Assembly (NCBI GenBank): GCA_030141605.1
Contig: JAQGDQ010000013.1
Span: forward strand, 696,447-760,446
Direction: 5' to 3'
Source of the DNA: Tubiluchus corallicola
Lineage: Eukaryota; Animalia; Priapulida
DNA length: 64,000 nt
Positions 1 to 11,800 of the stretch are shown here, piece by piece (position 1 is the first letter of the stretch; each line of letters starts with the position of its first letter). Both the position numbers and the translations under genes were made by a program. The notes beneath the pieces are model-generated. The model had not been told where the DNA came from and did no database searches. It was given only the letters and a program-made list of their open reading frames with translations.

Positions 1-3000
1 GATCTCTCTTTCGCTCATGACCGTGACTTTGTTTTTCGCGATCCTTGCTTACGGAGCTGCTCTTGTGAGGTTTTGCTGAATCAGGAGAATCTGTTTTACG
101 TTTATGTTCCTTATCTACTGCATGTCCTCCCTTTGGCTCTCGTTCATGCGATTTCTTACTTGTGCGACCAGAGCTTTTCTCACTGATTTTCTCACTCGCT
201 ACTTTGTGAGAATTTTCTTTGTGTCTTGATTCTTTCTCGGCTGGTCTGTCTTTCTCCTTTGAATTTGATTTTGAGTCTCGCTTAGAACGATCCTTTTCTT
301 TTCTACTTTCATCTTTTCTTGACTTTCCTGAACCATTCTTCGAAGGCTTACCTGAAGCAGCAATTGAAGGGGTCTTTCCTGAAGTAGTCGACACAGACTT
401 TCCAGAAGAATTACTAACAGGCTTGGTTGATGAAGCACCAGAAACAGATTTTCCAGATGTGTTGAGAACATCTGCTGGTTCTTTTTTTACTGGTACAGGA
501 AGTGCATTTGTAGAAACATCTTTATTTTCTCCAGTATGGTTTATCATGGTTGAATCGAGTTCTGCATTAGATACCACAGATTTCTGTTCAACGTTAGTTT
601 CATTCTTTTTCGCTGTTGTCTTTGTACCTTCACCTTTTCCACCGGTTTTTGTCGATTTTGAATGTGCTTCCTTGAGATGAAATCCAGTTTCCAGAATGAA
701 TGTTGGGCTCTTCATCTTTAGTTTGCCACAATAACTGGTAGCCAAAGCATACAAGTCAGGTCTTTTCTCTTTCTCAGATGCTCGCAATCTCTCAACACGT
801 CTTTCCAAAGCCTGGGCCAAGTTTATGACACGAGGATAATGAGGCAAAACTTTGGTCATGATTATCAGCGCATTACGAATTTGGACGTAGTCGCCAGATT
901 CCAAACATATAACCAAGGCTTTTGTTATCTTAAAATGCCATTTATGCACAACGTGTCTATAGTTCTCATAATCCAAGCGATCATGCTTACCATCCATTCC
1001 CAATCCTGCTGTTCGAAAGACAGTTACAAAACCAGGATGGCTTGTACATTCCTTATCGAAGATCTCCTTGTTGCTATGCCACCGCATAACCACTTCCAAC
1101 ATAGCTGTGAGAAAACGGCCATAGCGATTGGCTTCATTTTCAGTACATGCTGCTATGGTGTATGTGATATCACAAAATATACGATCGTAACAGATGAGTG
1201 TAGAAAAGTTTGGTGTTTTCAATGTATGTATCGTCTGAATGAATTTAGCACAGTACATTGCATCAACAGCAGTGTAACAACAGCGAGGAAATATGCAAAG
1301 CTGCAAGAACTGTGTAATCATCTCATTTCTTGTTGTTTTAGGATAAAACCAGGAGTCCCTATCAGCCTTCAACCTTTGCATCACTCGAGAAACATGGTCA
1401 TTTTGCTTTTTTTGTTCATCATTAAGTTTATCAATTAGTGCAGTGTAACGTTCCTTTTCTTTCTTTTTCTTAATCTGGCCCATATCTTTATTTTCTTCTA
1501 CAGCAAGAACAGCAGCTTTCATCTTTTTAATTTCCCTTTCGTATGCTGCAGCGGGTACATGCAGATCATACATTGACAAAGACCAAAATGTTACATAAAA
1601 CTGTGGGCTAAAGTCATCCCATATTTTGGCAGGTTGAAGTGGCCGAACAGATTCAATTACAGGAGTCATGACCTGTTCAACGGATTTCAAGTACCGTTGA
1701 GTCTTCAACTGGGACTGTGATTCTTTGTCTTTCTCACGATCCCGCGATTTTCGATCCTGTTTTTTGTATCCGTCATAAAGTTGAGCAATATTGTGAACGT
1801 AAGCTCCTCTAGACAAACTGAAGCCGGCTTCAGCAGATATGTGATACTCAGTAATTAACTCGTCAAAGCATGGCAGCATCTTTGAATAGTCTTCACTACT
1901 TAACTGATTTGATAAGAAGCTAACATACTGTACCAACGTGTCTTGGCACTGGTCATAGAGCTTACCAATAAGTTTCAAGTGTCTAACAAGAGAACCTTCT
2001 TGAAACACAACGCAATTTCTCTGCTGACACATCAACAGGGCTAGTGGTAAAGCAAGCTCATTATCAATTAACGTATCTTTTAATCGCTGTGATGATTTCT
2101 TGGTGTTTCTCACTTGTGCAAAGTAACCAGCCTCTGCCCTGAGCAATTCCCCCCCGCTAAGTGCTGCAAGCTGCTCATCAGTCATTTCATCTACCGTTTC
2201 AATTCCACCCATCTTTTGTATGATTTCTCTCAAAATGACCATGTCAAAACTTTTACCAGCTTTTAACTGGTTAGCGACATACTGCATCAATCCTGACAAA
2301 TCAAGTGGATATTTCTTACATGTTAATCCAGTAAAAAGAGCCAAACTTTGCAGCCATTCAGATATGTTCATTTCATCAAATTTCATTCTTTCTTTCAACG
2401 GATTAGCTAATGCCTCTATCACACAGTATGCAAGCATGTCATATGAAAGAGCAGTGAGATATTTTAAAGCATCTACAACTGGTCCTATTAGTGCACTAAA
2501 TGTCTGGATTTGTGTCAAAATGTATTCAAGAAGAATTCCAGGATTTGCGTGACTCAACTTTCCTATTTGCCTTCCAGATGGCTTAACATTTTCCTTCGTT
2601 AATCGCTTCATTATGTAACGGGCTCTATCTAAAGCATGAGCTTTTGTCCTAATCAGTTTTGGATGTGTGCTGTAAGATTCGTTTTTCCACTGTCCATACA
2701 ATCTGTACCTGTGAATGTAATGTATGTTTTTAACAAAACTCCAAATTTCTTCTGAAAGGCAACAGTTCCCATCATTCAGGGACAAGGAAGGAAGTACGAC
2801 TTCATCCAAAACTGACAGGAATCCGTGAAAAACCTTATCTCCTTCATGCAAGGCATTCCTTTTCGTTTCTGTTTTCTTCATGTCTTTCATGAATGCAGCA
2901 CCAAGCCGACAGATCTTAACTAATAGAATAGGATCGAAGGACAAATTAGGACCCAGTGCTCGTAACATGGGAAAAACAAGATCTGCCAATTCATCAAAAT

Positions 3001-4246
3001 CACTAACGGGCTCCATTGTTTTACCAATGGGTGGGCACACCTTTGACTTGAAAACACTAGCTGGAAGACCATGATTATTTCGATAGAGAGGGTCGATAAG
3101 GTAATGTATTAGCTGACACAGTGTGCTAGCAATAGGCTGATGCCCAACAGCCATAAAGCTTGGCATTAAATCCATGCACCTTCGTGCCAAGTCCCAGTTT
3201 CCCAGCTTCAATAAGGCTTCACAGAGCCCAAGTTTCTGATTGTTCTGGTCAAAACTCTCTTCATCGGCTTTGCCAGTAGATTGACTTTCATTCTGCTTAC
3301 TGAACGCTGTTTTCCGAGCTAACTGCTTTGCTTCTGACAACTGTTCTTTATGGTAATTATTCATGACAGTATCGTCGGGCTTTAATTGATAGTAAAGCAT
3401 ATCAATATCCACTAAGTTATGATGCAACATGATTGCTGCTAAAGAGTAAAGGGAGCACGGTGTTGAAACAACAGCATAGCTTTGAAACTTGAAACCAAGA
3501 AGCTGACAAAGTACTTGCCGATCTTGAGCAAGCTCACGTAGAAGCGATACAAACAAATCTTCCAAATGCAGTTGACATTCAAATGCTTCCAAAATCAGAT
3601 CAACAACTCTAACTGGATCTAAAGCAAAACAACCAACTAGAGCTTTGATGTTTTGAGCTATTACTTGATGATCATAATGACTAACATCTTGGCCAAGCTC
3701 AGCTATAAGTTTAGCATAGCCCTCCATTTCTTCTCGTAATAAGTTAAACTTCTGCTGCTTGTAAAACAGCTTGGTTTTCATTCTAACATACTTTTGTTTA
3801 AATATCTTTTTAGTGATGATGTTGAGCTGCTCGAGTGTGTCCTCATTCATGCGCACTTTTAATGCTTCTGCCGGAAGTATGTTTGAGCACGCTGTAAGCA
3901 AAGCAATAAATCTTTCTCTGAGAGCCTTTTCCTCTTTTTCTCTTTCTGCAGTTTCGATATCTAAAACAGTGAGCACATCTATCAACACAAGAAGTACTTC
4001 TTTGTTAAGATCTTTAGCATCAGTGAACAGCTGTACAGCTTGCTCCAACTTCATGGCATCATGAATGACAGAATTACATAAGTCATATGTAAGTCGTTTA
4101 ATTTCCTTCTTGTGTCCAAAACTGAAGACTGATGTTGCACTACTGTCGTCACGAAGTCTCTTGCATAATTTCATGAAATCGTGCTTTCTGTCGTTATCCC
4201 AAACTTTGTTAGTGCTGCCTTTGTGGTTACTCAGTGAACTGGCCAT
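1..4246 (-). CDS. THOC2: THO complex subunit 2 (TREX mRNA export); single uninterrupted coding exon, 3' end outside window (>=1415 aa)
   Basis: Manual minus-strand translation from ATG 4246 (MASSLSNHKG...) gives THOC2 motifs KTKLFYKQQKFNLLREEMEGYAKLIAELGQD and LDYENYRHVVHKWHFKITKALVICLESGDYVQIRNALIIMTKVLPHYP...EKEKRPDLYALA, then a K/R/E/D/S-rich tail. The frame was the same at every point checked down to base 2. The ORF track probably missed it because the stop is outside the window. Confidence 0.96.
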   Translation of the reverse strand, partial: MASSLSNHKGSTNKVWDNDRKHDFMKLCKRLRDDSSATSVFSFGHKKEIKRLTYDLCNSVIHDAMKLEQAVQLFTDAKDLNKEVLLVLIDVLTVLDIETAEREKEEKALRERFIALLTACSNILPAEALKVRMNEDTLEQLNIITKKIFKQKYVRMKTKLFYKQQKFNLLREEMEGYAKLIAELGQDVSHYDHQVIAQNIKALVGCFALDPVRVVDLILEAFECQLHLEDLFVSLLRELAQDRQVLCQLLGFKFQSYAVVSTPCSLYSLAAIMLHHNLVDIDMLYYQLKPDDTVMNNYHKEQLSEAKQLARKTAFSKQNESQSTGKADEESFDQNNQKLGLCEALLKLGNWDLARRCMDLMPSFMAVGHQPIASTLCQLIHYLIDPLYRNNHGLPASVFKSKVCPPIGKTMEPVSDFDELADLVFPMLRALGPNLSFDPILLVKICRLGAAFMKDMKKTETKRNALHEGDKVFHGFLSVLDEVVLPSLSLNDGNCCLSEEIWSFVKNIHYIHRYRLYGQWKNESYSTHPKLIRTKAHALDRARYIMKRLTKENVKPSGRQIGKLSHANPGILLEYILTQIQTFSALIGPVVDALKYLTALSYDMLAYCVIEALANPLKERMKFDEMNISEWLQSLALFTGLTCKKYPLDLSGLMQYVANQLKAGKSFDMVILREIIQKMGGIETVDEMTDEQLAALSGGELLRAEAGYFAQVRNTKKSSQRLKDTLIDNELALPLALLMCQQRNCVVFQEGSLVRHLKLIGKLYDQCQDTLVQYVSFLSNQLSSEDYSKMLPCFDELITEYHISAEAGFSLSRGAYVHNIAQLYDGYKKQDRKSRDREKDKESQSQLKTQRYLKSVEQVMTPVIESVRPLQPAKIWDDFSPQFYVTFWSLSMYDLHVPAAAYEREIKKMKAAVLAVEENKDMGQIKKKKEKERYTALIDKLNDEQKKQNDHVSRVMQRLKADRDSWFYPKTTRNEMITQFLQLCIFPRCCYTAVDAMYCAKFIQTIHTLKTPNFSTLICYDRIFCDITYTIAACTENEANRYGRFLTAMLEVVMRWHSNKEIFDKECTSHPGFVTVFRTAGLGMDGKHDRLDYENYRHVVHKWHFKITKALVICLESGDYVQIRNALIIMTKVLPHYPRVINLAQALERRVERLRASEKEKRPDLYALATSYCGKLKMKSPTFILETGFHLKEAHSKSTKTGGKGEGTKTTAKKNETNVEQKSVVSNAELDSTMINHTGENKDVSTNALPVPVKKEPADVLNTSGKSVSGASSTKPVSNSSGKSVSTTSGKTPSIAASGKPSKNGSGKSRKDESRKEKDRSKRDSKSNSKEKDRPAEKESRHKENSHKVASEKISEKSSGRTSKKSHEREPKGGHAVDKEHKRKTDSPDSAKPHKSSSVSKDREKQSHGHERKRD

Positions 4247-4396
4247 GTTTGTTGCAGTGTACTTCAATTAGTTTGCATTCCCAAATGTCACTTGCTTTTA
4301 ATAAATAACAACTGATTCCAAATCCCAAATCCCAAATGAAGCTATATTTCAGCAAGCTGAACTGCAACCAATTTGAATGGTGATTGGCTATTTACA

Positions 4397-5618
4397 CTGC
4401 AAAGAAAAAATTAAGACATACCTTAAAGTTTAACTATTTGTTGAATACTAGCTAAATCGTGAGAGAACATTAAACACTTCCAAACAGTTTCATTATTGCA
4501 TCAATCCTAGAAGGCGTCTACCCTTGCAGTTTTCACAGATATTCATGTGCTCAACAACAGCTAGCAGATCTGCACGACAAACTGGTAAAAGACTCACTAT
4601 GTTGTATTGGTTTGTTTGTAGAAAGAAAGTAAAAAGTCTGTTGGAAGCTGCAAAGAGAAGAAATTAGGACAGTGTGTCACGACTGCTTAAGACTTGTGGC
4701 TTTGGACAGCAAGACCAAACCAACCAGACTTTTTGGTTGTCACAAAAACCATGACACTGACTGTGCTATGTTCATCTGTTTGTATGAAACAACCAGATGT
4801 TTTAAATAGCAAGCCTAAAGAAAATCACGATGTCCTCGCATGACACACATCTTTCTCTAATACCATTGCTTTACTATTCATAATTAAATAGCAATATTGT
4901 AGTGCCGACTATTGTATGCATGACCATATGGTGTCTAAAGAGAGAGATCCACGTGATGCTCTGCATCTGGCCGCACCTGATCACGCTCGAGGGTAGAGCA
5001 AGACTAAATTGGTCAGGCTTCTCCAGTCCCGGTCTAAATAATGGATTTATAGCTGTTCTTCTGACTCAGGTTTGCAGTTTCAAAAGCACAAGTTGCAATA
5101 AGTATAACAATTACTGAACTTCAACGAATGAGAAAAGGGCAAACCCTCTGCAGCAGGTTCGAGCTGTCATTCCACAGAGAAAATGCAAAAAATCTTTTTC
5201 AGACCTGTCAATTTTGGCTAGTCCAATTCTTTGGAAATAAAAGGTCTGTTATAGTCAAAACTTCAGTCCTCTAGTATGGCCAACATTTACATGAAGAGGG
5301 ATTACTATGCTTTTCTCATATTGAGCAGAGTTCCACTTTGCTCACGATGGTTTTTACTGATGGCTTTCTGGCGCTTGATAAGAAATTCCAAGAATTAATC
5401 GCAAAAGATGAACAAATGGAAAAGTTGCGGACATTACTGCTACCATTATTGTGGAATTGTCGTGAATGAGTAAGAGAACACTTGGGCCGTTTTCTTCAAC
5501 GCTTTTAAAAAAATATTTAAACCATCGCCCACCGTGTATGAAGATTCTGCTTTACCATTACGATCCAAATGCATCGGATAAATAATTATTATTCTAGTTA
5601 AACGTTTTCGTCGTTTAC
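4397..5618 (-). other. Probable 5'UTR intron of THOC2
   Basis: Minus-strand acceptor TTTTTTCTTTGCAG| ending at 4397, 150 nt upstream of the ATG; candidate donor TAG|GTAAAC at 5618 near the shared promoter. The pairing is inferred. Confidence 0.5.
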
Positions 5619-5659
5619 CTAATTCCAGTTTTACGTTTGAGTTTTTGGGTGATGAAACG

Positions 5660-5812
5660 ATTCAGAAAATTTTCCGGTACAGGAATTTTGACAAAATCGT
5701 AAATGTTCACAAAAACAGAGGCAACACACCGGGAAATCTTTGAAACGATTGAAAACGAACACACATGGCTGTTTAACCAATCAAATTTCGCCAAAAGTTT
5801 GTAAGATGGCGG
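5660..5812. promoter_or_regulatory. Putative bidirectional THOC2/POFUT1 promoter
   Basis: Head-to-head genes. ETS-like TTCCGG (~5672), CCAAT box (~5777), E2F-like TTTCGCC (~5786), and YY1-like AAGATGGCGG overlapping the POFUT1 ATG (5803-5812). Confidence 0.55.
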
Positions 5813-8800
5813 AATGGTTGAAAAGTTTTTTAATGTGTTATCAACTTATTTTTCGCGAATTTCTGTTGTTATTCTTCATTTTAAGTATCATTATCCCTGA
5901 GAAAATAGCACAAACACATAATTATACTAACGGTTTTGTAGTGTATTGCCCATGCATGGGTACGTTTCTGGCTTTCTGCAATTGATTGATGTATATTTGC
6001 AGCATAGAGCGCGGAGTACGCCACTAACCGAAGTTGGACACTTCCGCTAAAGCGCATGTGCTAAATTTGCGGAAAAGCGGTGTAATACATGGGCAGCCCA
6101 ACTACGGCACAGGCGATTTCTGTCGAGAATCGATAATTATGACATAATAAAACATAAAACTAAGTTTGTTTTAGAAAAGAAGTAACTTTGTAATATAATG
6201 ATGGATAGTCCTTGAAAATCTGCAAATGTATTTTTACAATAATATCATCATTATTATTACTAGCTCCATTAATATCATCGTAACATTAAACAAAGTATCT
6301 AATACTTTAAAAAGAGAAACTGTGTGAGGCATATAGCTCTCTAGCTCATTTCCGTAGCAAATATTTGTCCAACAGGTAGTGAAACGGATCACCTGTCTGT
6401 ATAGTGAGACAAAATAAAAAGTGACCTTAAGCAAATGTTGGAATCGCCTGAAAAGTGGGTTTATTTGACTTCAAAAGCATTCATATTGAAGCCAAATTTA
6501 ATATTGGCTGTACTACTAGCTCTGAATAAGATTTTTTTATTTTATCAAATGTATAATAAATCATTCAACGTGTATTGTTATTATTATTATTATTATTATT
6601 AAATAAACAAGGACAACGGATGCTGCCAGTACAGTTAATGGCTCAATTCGTGACCTGTCTCTAGCGTCCATGCTTCATGTCAACGTGCTACCTGCCTGTA
6701 CCAATTTTCTGCACATAAATTTATTTTCTTCTGCTTCTTGATGAGTTTATTATGGCAGGGCAATATGTGTGTGCTTCTTGATCTATTTGTTATAGCAGGG
6801 CCATATATGTCTGCTTCTTGATCTGATTATTATAGCAGGGCCCTATATGGGCCGTAACCCAGTAATGTAACAGGACAGATTTTCATCAGAGAAATTTCTT
6901 CTCTATGCTCCAGCTGTTAGCCAGTGGTCAGCAATGTATCATTTTGGTGCCTTCCCCTGACTGCTTAGAAGGACAAATGATTACTTTGATTTCTGTTAAT
7001 TGTGCGAATGCAGCATAAAAAATTTCAGTGCTTGAAGTGTGAAAAAATCGTCTTTAAATTGAATGAATAAAAAGTGTCAAAGATCCGCGTTGTTAAAACG
7101 GAGCGTCGCTAAACAGGGAGTCGTTAAGCAAGGACTTACTGTATGTTTAATAATATGAATTTTTAGCTAAGTAGCTTTTTTCATTATGACAAATGAGAAT
7201 CATTCGAAAGCCACCCACTTCTAAGATGTCTTAAGCTTCGCCGTTAGTCCGAATTTAAGTTTTGGACCTAAATATAGTCCATATTGGAGTGCCGCTCCGT
7301 ATATGAATTGTATCCAGTAAGAATTATTTTTTAGATGTTGAACATTGGAAGCCTAATATGGGTTACCTTTAGTAAAAACAGCAATACTGTTTTGTTTAGG
7401 TCGCTTTGGAAACCAAGCTGATCATTTTCTAGGTTCTCTAGCATTTGCGCACAATTTGAACAGGACGTTGATACTGCCACCATGGGTGGAATACGAACCA
7501 GGCAACCCAAAAGTAAGAAGAATGAAAATTTCTAACTGTTATTTCCTAAAGTATGTATGTATATGTTTATGTTTGAATAGCGCATTTGTCAGATTGCACA
7601 GTTTTTAAATATTTATGTATACATATTGAAATGTATACAAGTCACAGTATGTTAATATTTTGTTATTGAACAGTATTCCCATCTGCTTAATGCATTGACA
7701 GGCATTGTTACTCGCCCTGTTTTTGCATTTAAAGCAAAACCGGATCCAACTGTAGGTCAAAACAATCTACTTTTTAAAATATTGAAAGGAAAGATTTCAA
7801 ATATCAAAAATGACTTGCATGAAAGAAAGATTACCACACAAATGCAATTTCACCATTCGCTAGTTAAGCTGGCACTAGCGCCTGCATTTCAGAAACGCAT
7901 TGCACATAAAAACATATGCACTACCTCTCAGTTTAGGTGCGTTAGTTTGTGACGAATTACACATGTTTGACACCTCAATAGTGAGCACAGCTGTAAATTT
8001 GAAATTTTAATTTTTATCTTAAAAGTTGTCAAGTTTTAGTACAACACGCTGAATATCTTACAGTACCACTGTACATCAATTTTCTCTTTCACAAACATGT
8101 GCAACACACTGATGGAACATTTTTATTGTTGAAAATATGTTAGTTTGTGGTGTCATCAATAGTTGGGAGTGCCTGCCATTAATTAAGTTTTAAATCTATA
8201 ATTTAATTATCTAAAACACTTTTGCAGTATTAATTGTGTTAAAATATATACTTTTTATCAGAGTTGAAAATGAGGTAGTATGTGAAAAACGATCCTGTCT
8301 TGGGTTGACAATGGTGTGCTGGTATGTTACTGTCACTTGCATTTAGTGAGGTTGTAATGAGGCCTGCTGAGCTAATTTTGACTTTATTAATTGATGTTTG
8401 ACTGTACAAAAATATATGCTATTTAGTTCACAATTGAAGTTGTGTTTTTGTCGTGATATTATTTACCTTCCGCATAGTATGTTTACCTTATGCATAGTAT
8501 GTTTTCTTCCGCTGAATGTATTATGAGTCACTTGCCAACATTTGAGCTGGCAAGCCGCTATAAATCTATTAGTACTTTTGTGAATTACTAAACGTGTAAA
8601 TAAATTGTTGTTTGTTAGTGCAGGGCCGTCAATTGACAGACCCCCTGGGGCGCTAATTCTGGAAATAATTCTTTAATTTTTTAGTTTGGAACATGTATTA
8701 ACATAATGTATGTGCGATTGCTGCTTAATGAGCGCAGCACTTTAATTAAATGAAACAATATTTTAAATTGATTTCTAAAAATATCTCTAATGAAGTGTAT

Positions 8801-11800
8801 GCAACCAGACCAGAGTAATGAAGATGATGAAATGAGTGAAATGGATGGAACGTGAAAAAAATTAGGATTTGAAGAATTTAGTCAAGAATAGCAGAAATTG
8901 CAGAAATATGATTGTTTCCGAAGAGGAGCAGTTTTGGGGGTATGGTTGGGACCATGGGGGGGATGTAGTTGACTGGCGAGGAGGTGGGCACTAAAAACAT
9001 TTCTGCCTAGGGTGTCAAACTACCTAAAGCCGGCCCTGTGTTAGTGATAGTAAGTAACTATTTGCTGTATGTAAGTTACTTTTCAAGTCTACCTTTGTAA
9101 CTGTTCCCTCTGTTATGCTTTAATATATATATATTATATATGTATGTATTACTGTCAGTAGTATGCAAAAGGTAATAATTAATTTATAGTCAATAACCTA
9201 GGCTCGAACAGGCTTGTTACTTGTCTTTGTGAAATTTATGAAAGTAAACTTATAATGTAAGTCAGCCGACTGTTTACAATATTTTCTATTTTGAACGTTT
9301 TTCAGGCTATAATGGTGCCATTTGATAAATATTTTAAAGTTGAAGCTTTCAAAGGATTTCAAGATGTAATCACCATGGAAAAATTTATGCAAACTTTGGC
9401 TGCTGTCGTATGGCCCCCAGACAAGCGAACTGGTAAACATTTGTCTATTGTTTTTTTTATAAAAACAAACAGGAGCTCCTGCTGAGAAAGTGTTTTTGGT
9501 TACCGTTGTTTGTTTACCGATTTTTAGTGACCCGTGGCTATACTTATAACGTCATTCGTCTAGCTCAATGAAAAATTTACTAACTTTGCTAACAATAAAG
9601 TGATAAAAAATCAAAAGAAACAAGTTTTGCAGCAAGTTTATAATAAAATAAATTGAATATTTGTAATGAGAGTAGGATTTTAAGTTGCAAAAGCTTTTTT
9701 ATACTGAGTGTGTAGTTTGACTTTAAAGAATGTCGAAGAAGTAAGATAGTTAAATAGTTTTGATGAATTTTACGGAAATATTTCAATGATTTTATTATTT
9801 TAAATATAAAAAATGTGTTGCACTTGTGTGGTTTCGTGTGTTTAGGGTTTACTGAATCATTGTAACTTTGTTGTATTTGAAAATCATCATGGAATGAAAT
9901 TATAAACATGGACTTGACAATAGTATGTATTGACAAGTTGTACTAACAGTCTGACAGTATGTTTGCATGTAAATTGTTTTGTGATATTTTCCATATTGTT
10001 TAGAGGCAAATCTACCTAAAAAATCCTATTAAAATTCTATGATACATTTTAATGTTTATATAAATGTGATTTTTTATCTAAAGTTTCAACATTTCAGTTT
10101 TTTGCTACATGCCAAGAAAGTTTAATGACAAGATGAAGGAAAATGATTGCAATGCCAAAGATGGAAATCCCTTTGGACCTTTTTGGGACAATTTTGATAT
10201 AGAATTTGTTGCCTCTAAATTCACAAAGCCATTGCTGTACGCAAGAGATTCATCAGCAAGGAAAGAGTGGAATTTAAGGCAAGGTTACAATCATTGTGTG
10301 TAAGACAGGCATTTTCCTTTTAAACAATTACAGTAAGTCCTCGCTTAACGACATTCTAGCAAAACGTGACGTTAAGCAAAATGACGTTAATCGAAGCCAA
10401 GATTTCCATAGAAAGTAATGTAAAAGAATCGAAATACGTTCCAGAGGCAAAAATCAATGCTGCTTAAATCATGTAAATTAAGTGTTTTATGAGTTTTACT
10501 TATGTTTCTACTGATTAATTTCTTTCTGTTTACTTTAAGCCATATATCTCTTGCTTCTATATATCTAACTTAGCTAGCCGTTTCTCTTTCGTTAGCATTT
10601 AAATCTAGGCATTGGTTAAACAATAAACGCTGCAGCAAAGTCAAAGCCAAGCGCCGTGCAACCCTGGGAATTTTATCTAGTTTGGTTACTATAGCAACAG
10701 GTTACGGGCAAAATTCCTTACATAAAGCTTACTCGTTTGAAACAAATAGCTCGTTTAGTTTCCAGTTGGGAAGCAAAAATGTATATAGTAATTGCACTGT
10801 TTATGTTACTAGTGTGTTTTTAGGACAGAATAACGCAACATGTGCTGTTTTAATGCATCAAATTAACTAAAAAAGTTGTTGATAAAATAAAAATTGGCTT
10901 CCAGCAAAGTAAAAAAAATCGTGGTTAAAACGAAACAGTGCGTCATTAAATCAAAAAAAAGGTATCAAATGTTCAACATTGTTGAAACGAAACATCGCTA
11001 AACGGAAAGACGTTAAGCGAGGGCTTACTGTTTTAATTCACATGCTTTGTCTGAGATTTTTCCTGTGATAGTCATACTCACATGGGCTAAATGAAATAAA
11101 CCAAGAACAATAACTTGATGTAATGAATTTGAGTGTCAAAATTTATGCTTCGTGTCAACATGCTACCTGTCTGTACCAACTTTCTGCACATAATTTTTTC
11201 TGCTTCTTGATCTGTTTATTATAGCAGGCCATATATGTTTACAACGATACTCATTTTTTTCAGATTGTCAATCGATTCAAGGGTGCTTTAAATTTCTTAT
11301 CGTTGTTGTTGTTTAATTAAATTGTATTAGACTACAATAATTAAAATGAAACACTGAAAACTCATTAAAATTTGATGCTATGTTATACATGACTTACTGG
11401 CCATTTTATATTAAATTGTCAGTGTATATGTACTCGTGGGTAAAAAATGATAATATCAATGTTCTTAGTGGCATTTCTTTCATAAATACTTGTTTCTAAT
11501 TGTAACCAAGGGCATATTAACTAATAGACTAAAATTCTCATTTTCCTCGGAAAATGTGTACCCTCATATTCATGTAAATGTCACATTTTATAACACACCA
11601 CAGGTAGTTACTGAGTGCAAGGTATTAGACAACAAGCAATTGTGCAGCCCTATTTGAATATAAGCTCTATGCAAATACATGTAATTAATAATCACCACGT
11701 AGAAACTAGGTTAATAGTGTTTCTAATACACCACATGTAATTGTTTGATCTACCCATTACATAAACAATAATAAATTCACAATAGAGATGGGCGGGGCAA

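Noticed and set aside
199-4271. ORF-track calls 199-471, 219-680, 839-1438, 2220-2552, 2880-3074, 3771-4064, 4065-4271
   Set aside because: Antisense or alternate-frame shadows of the THOC2 CDS.
8271-8285. TGAGGTAGTA, the let-7 5' end
   Set aside because: It lies inside a MITE end; the match stops after 10 nt and there is no hairpin.
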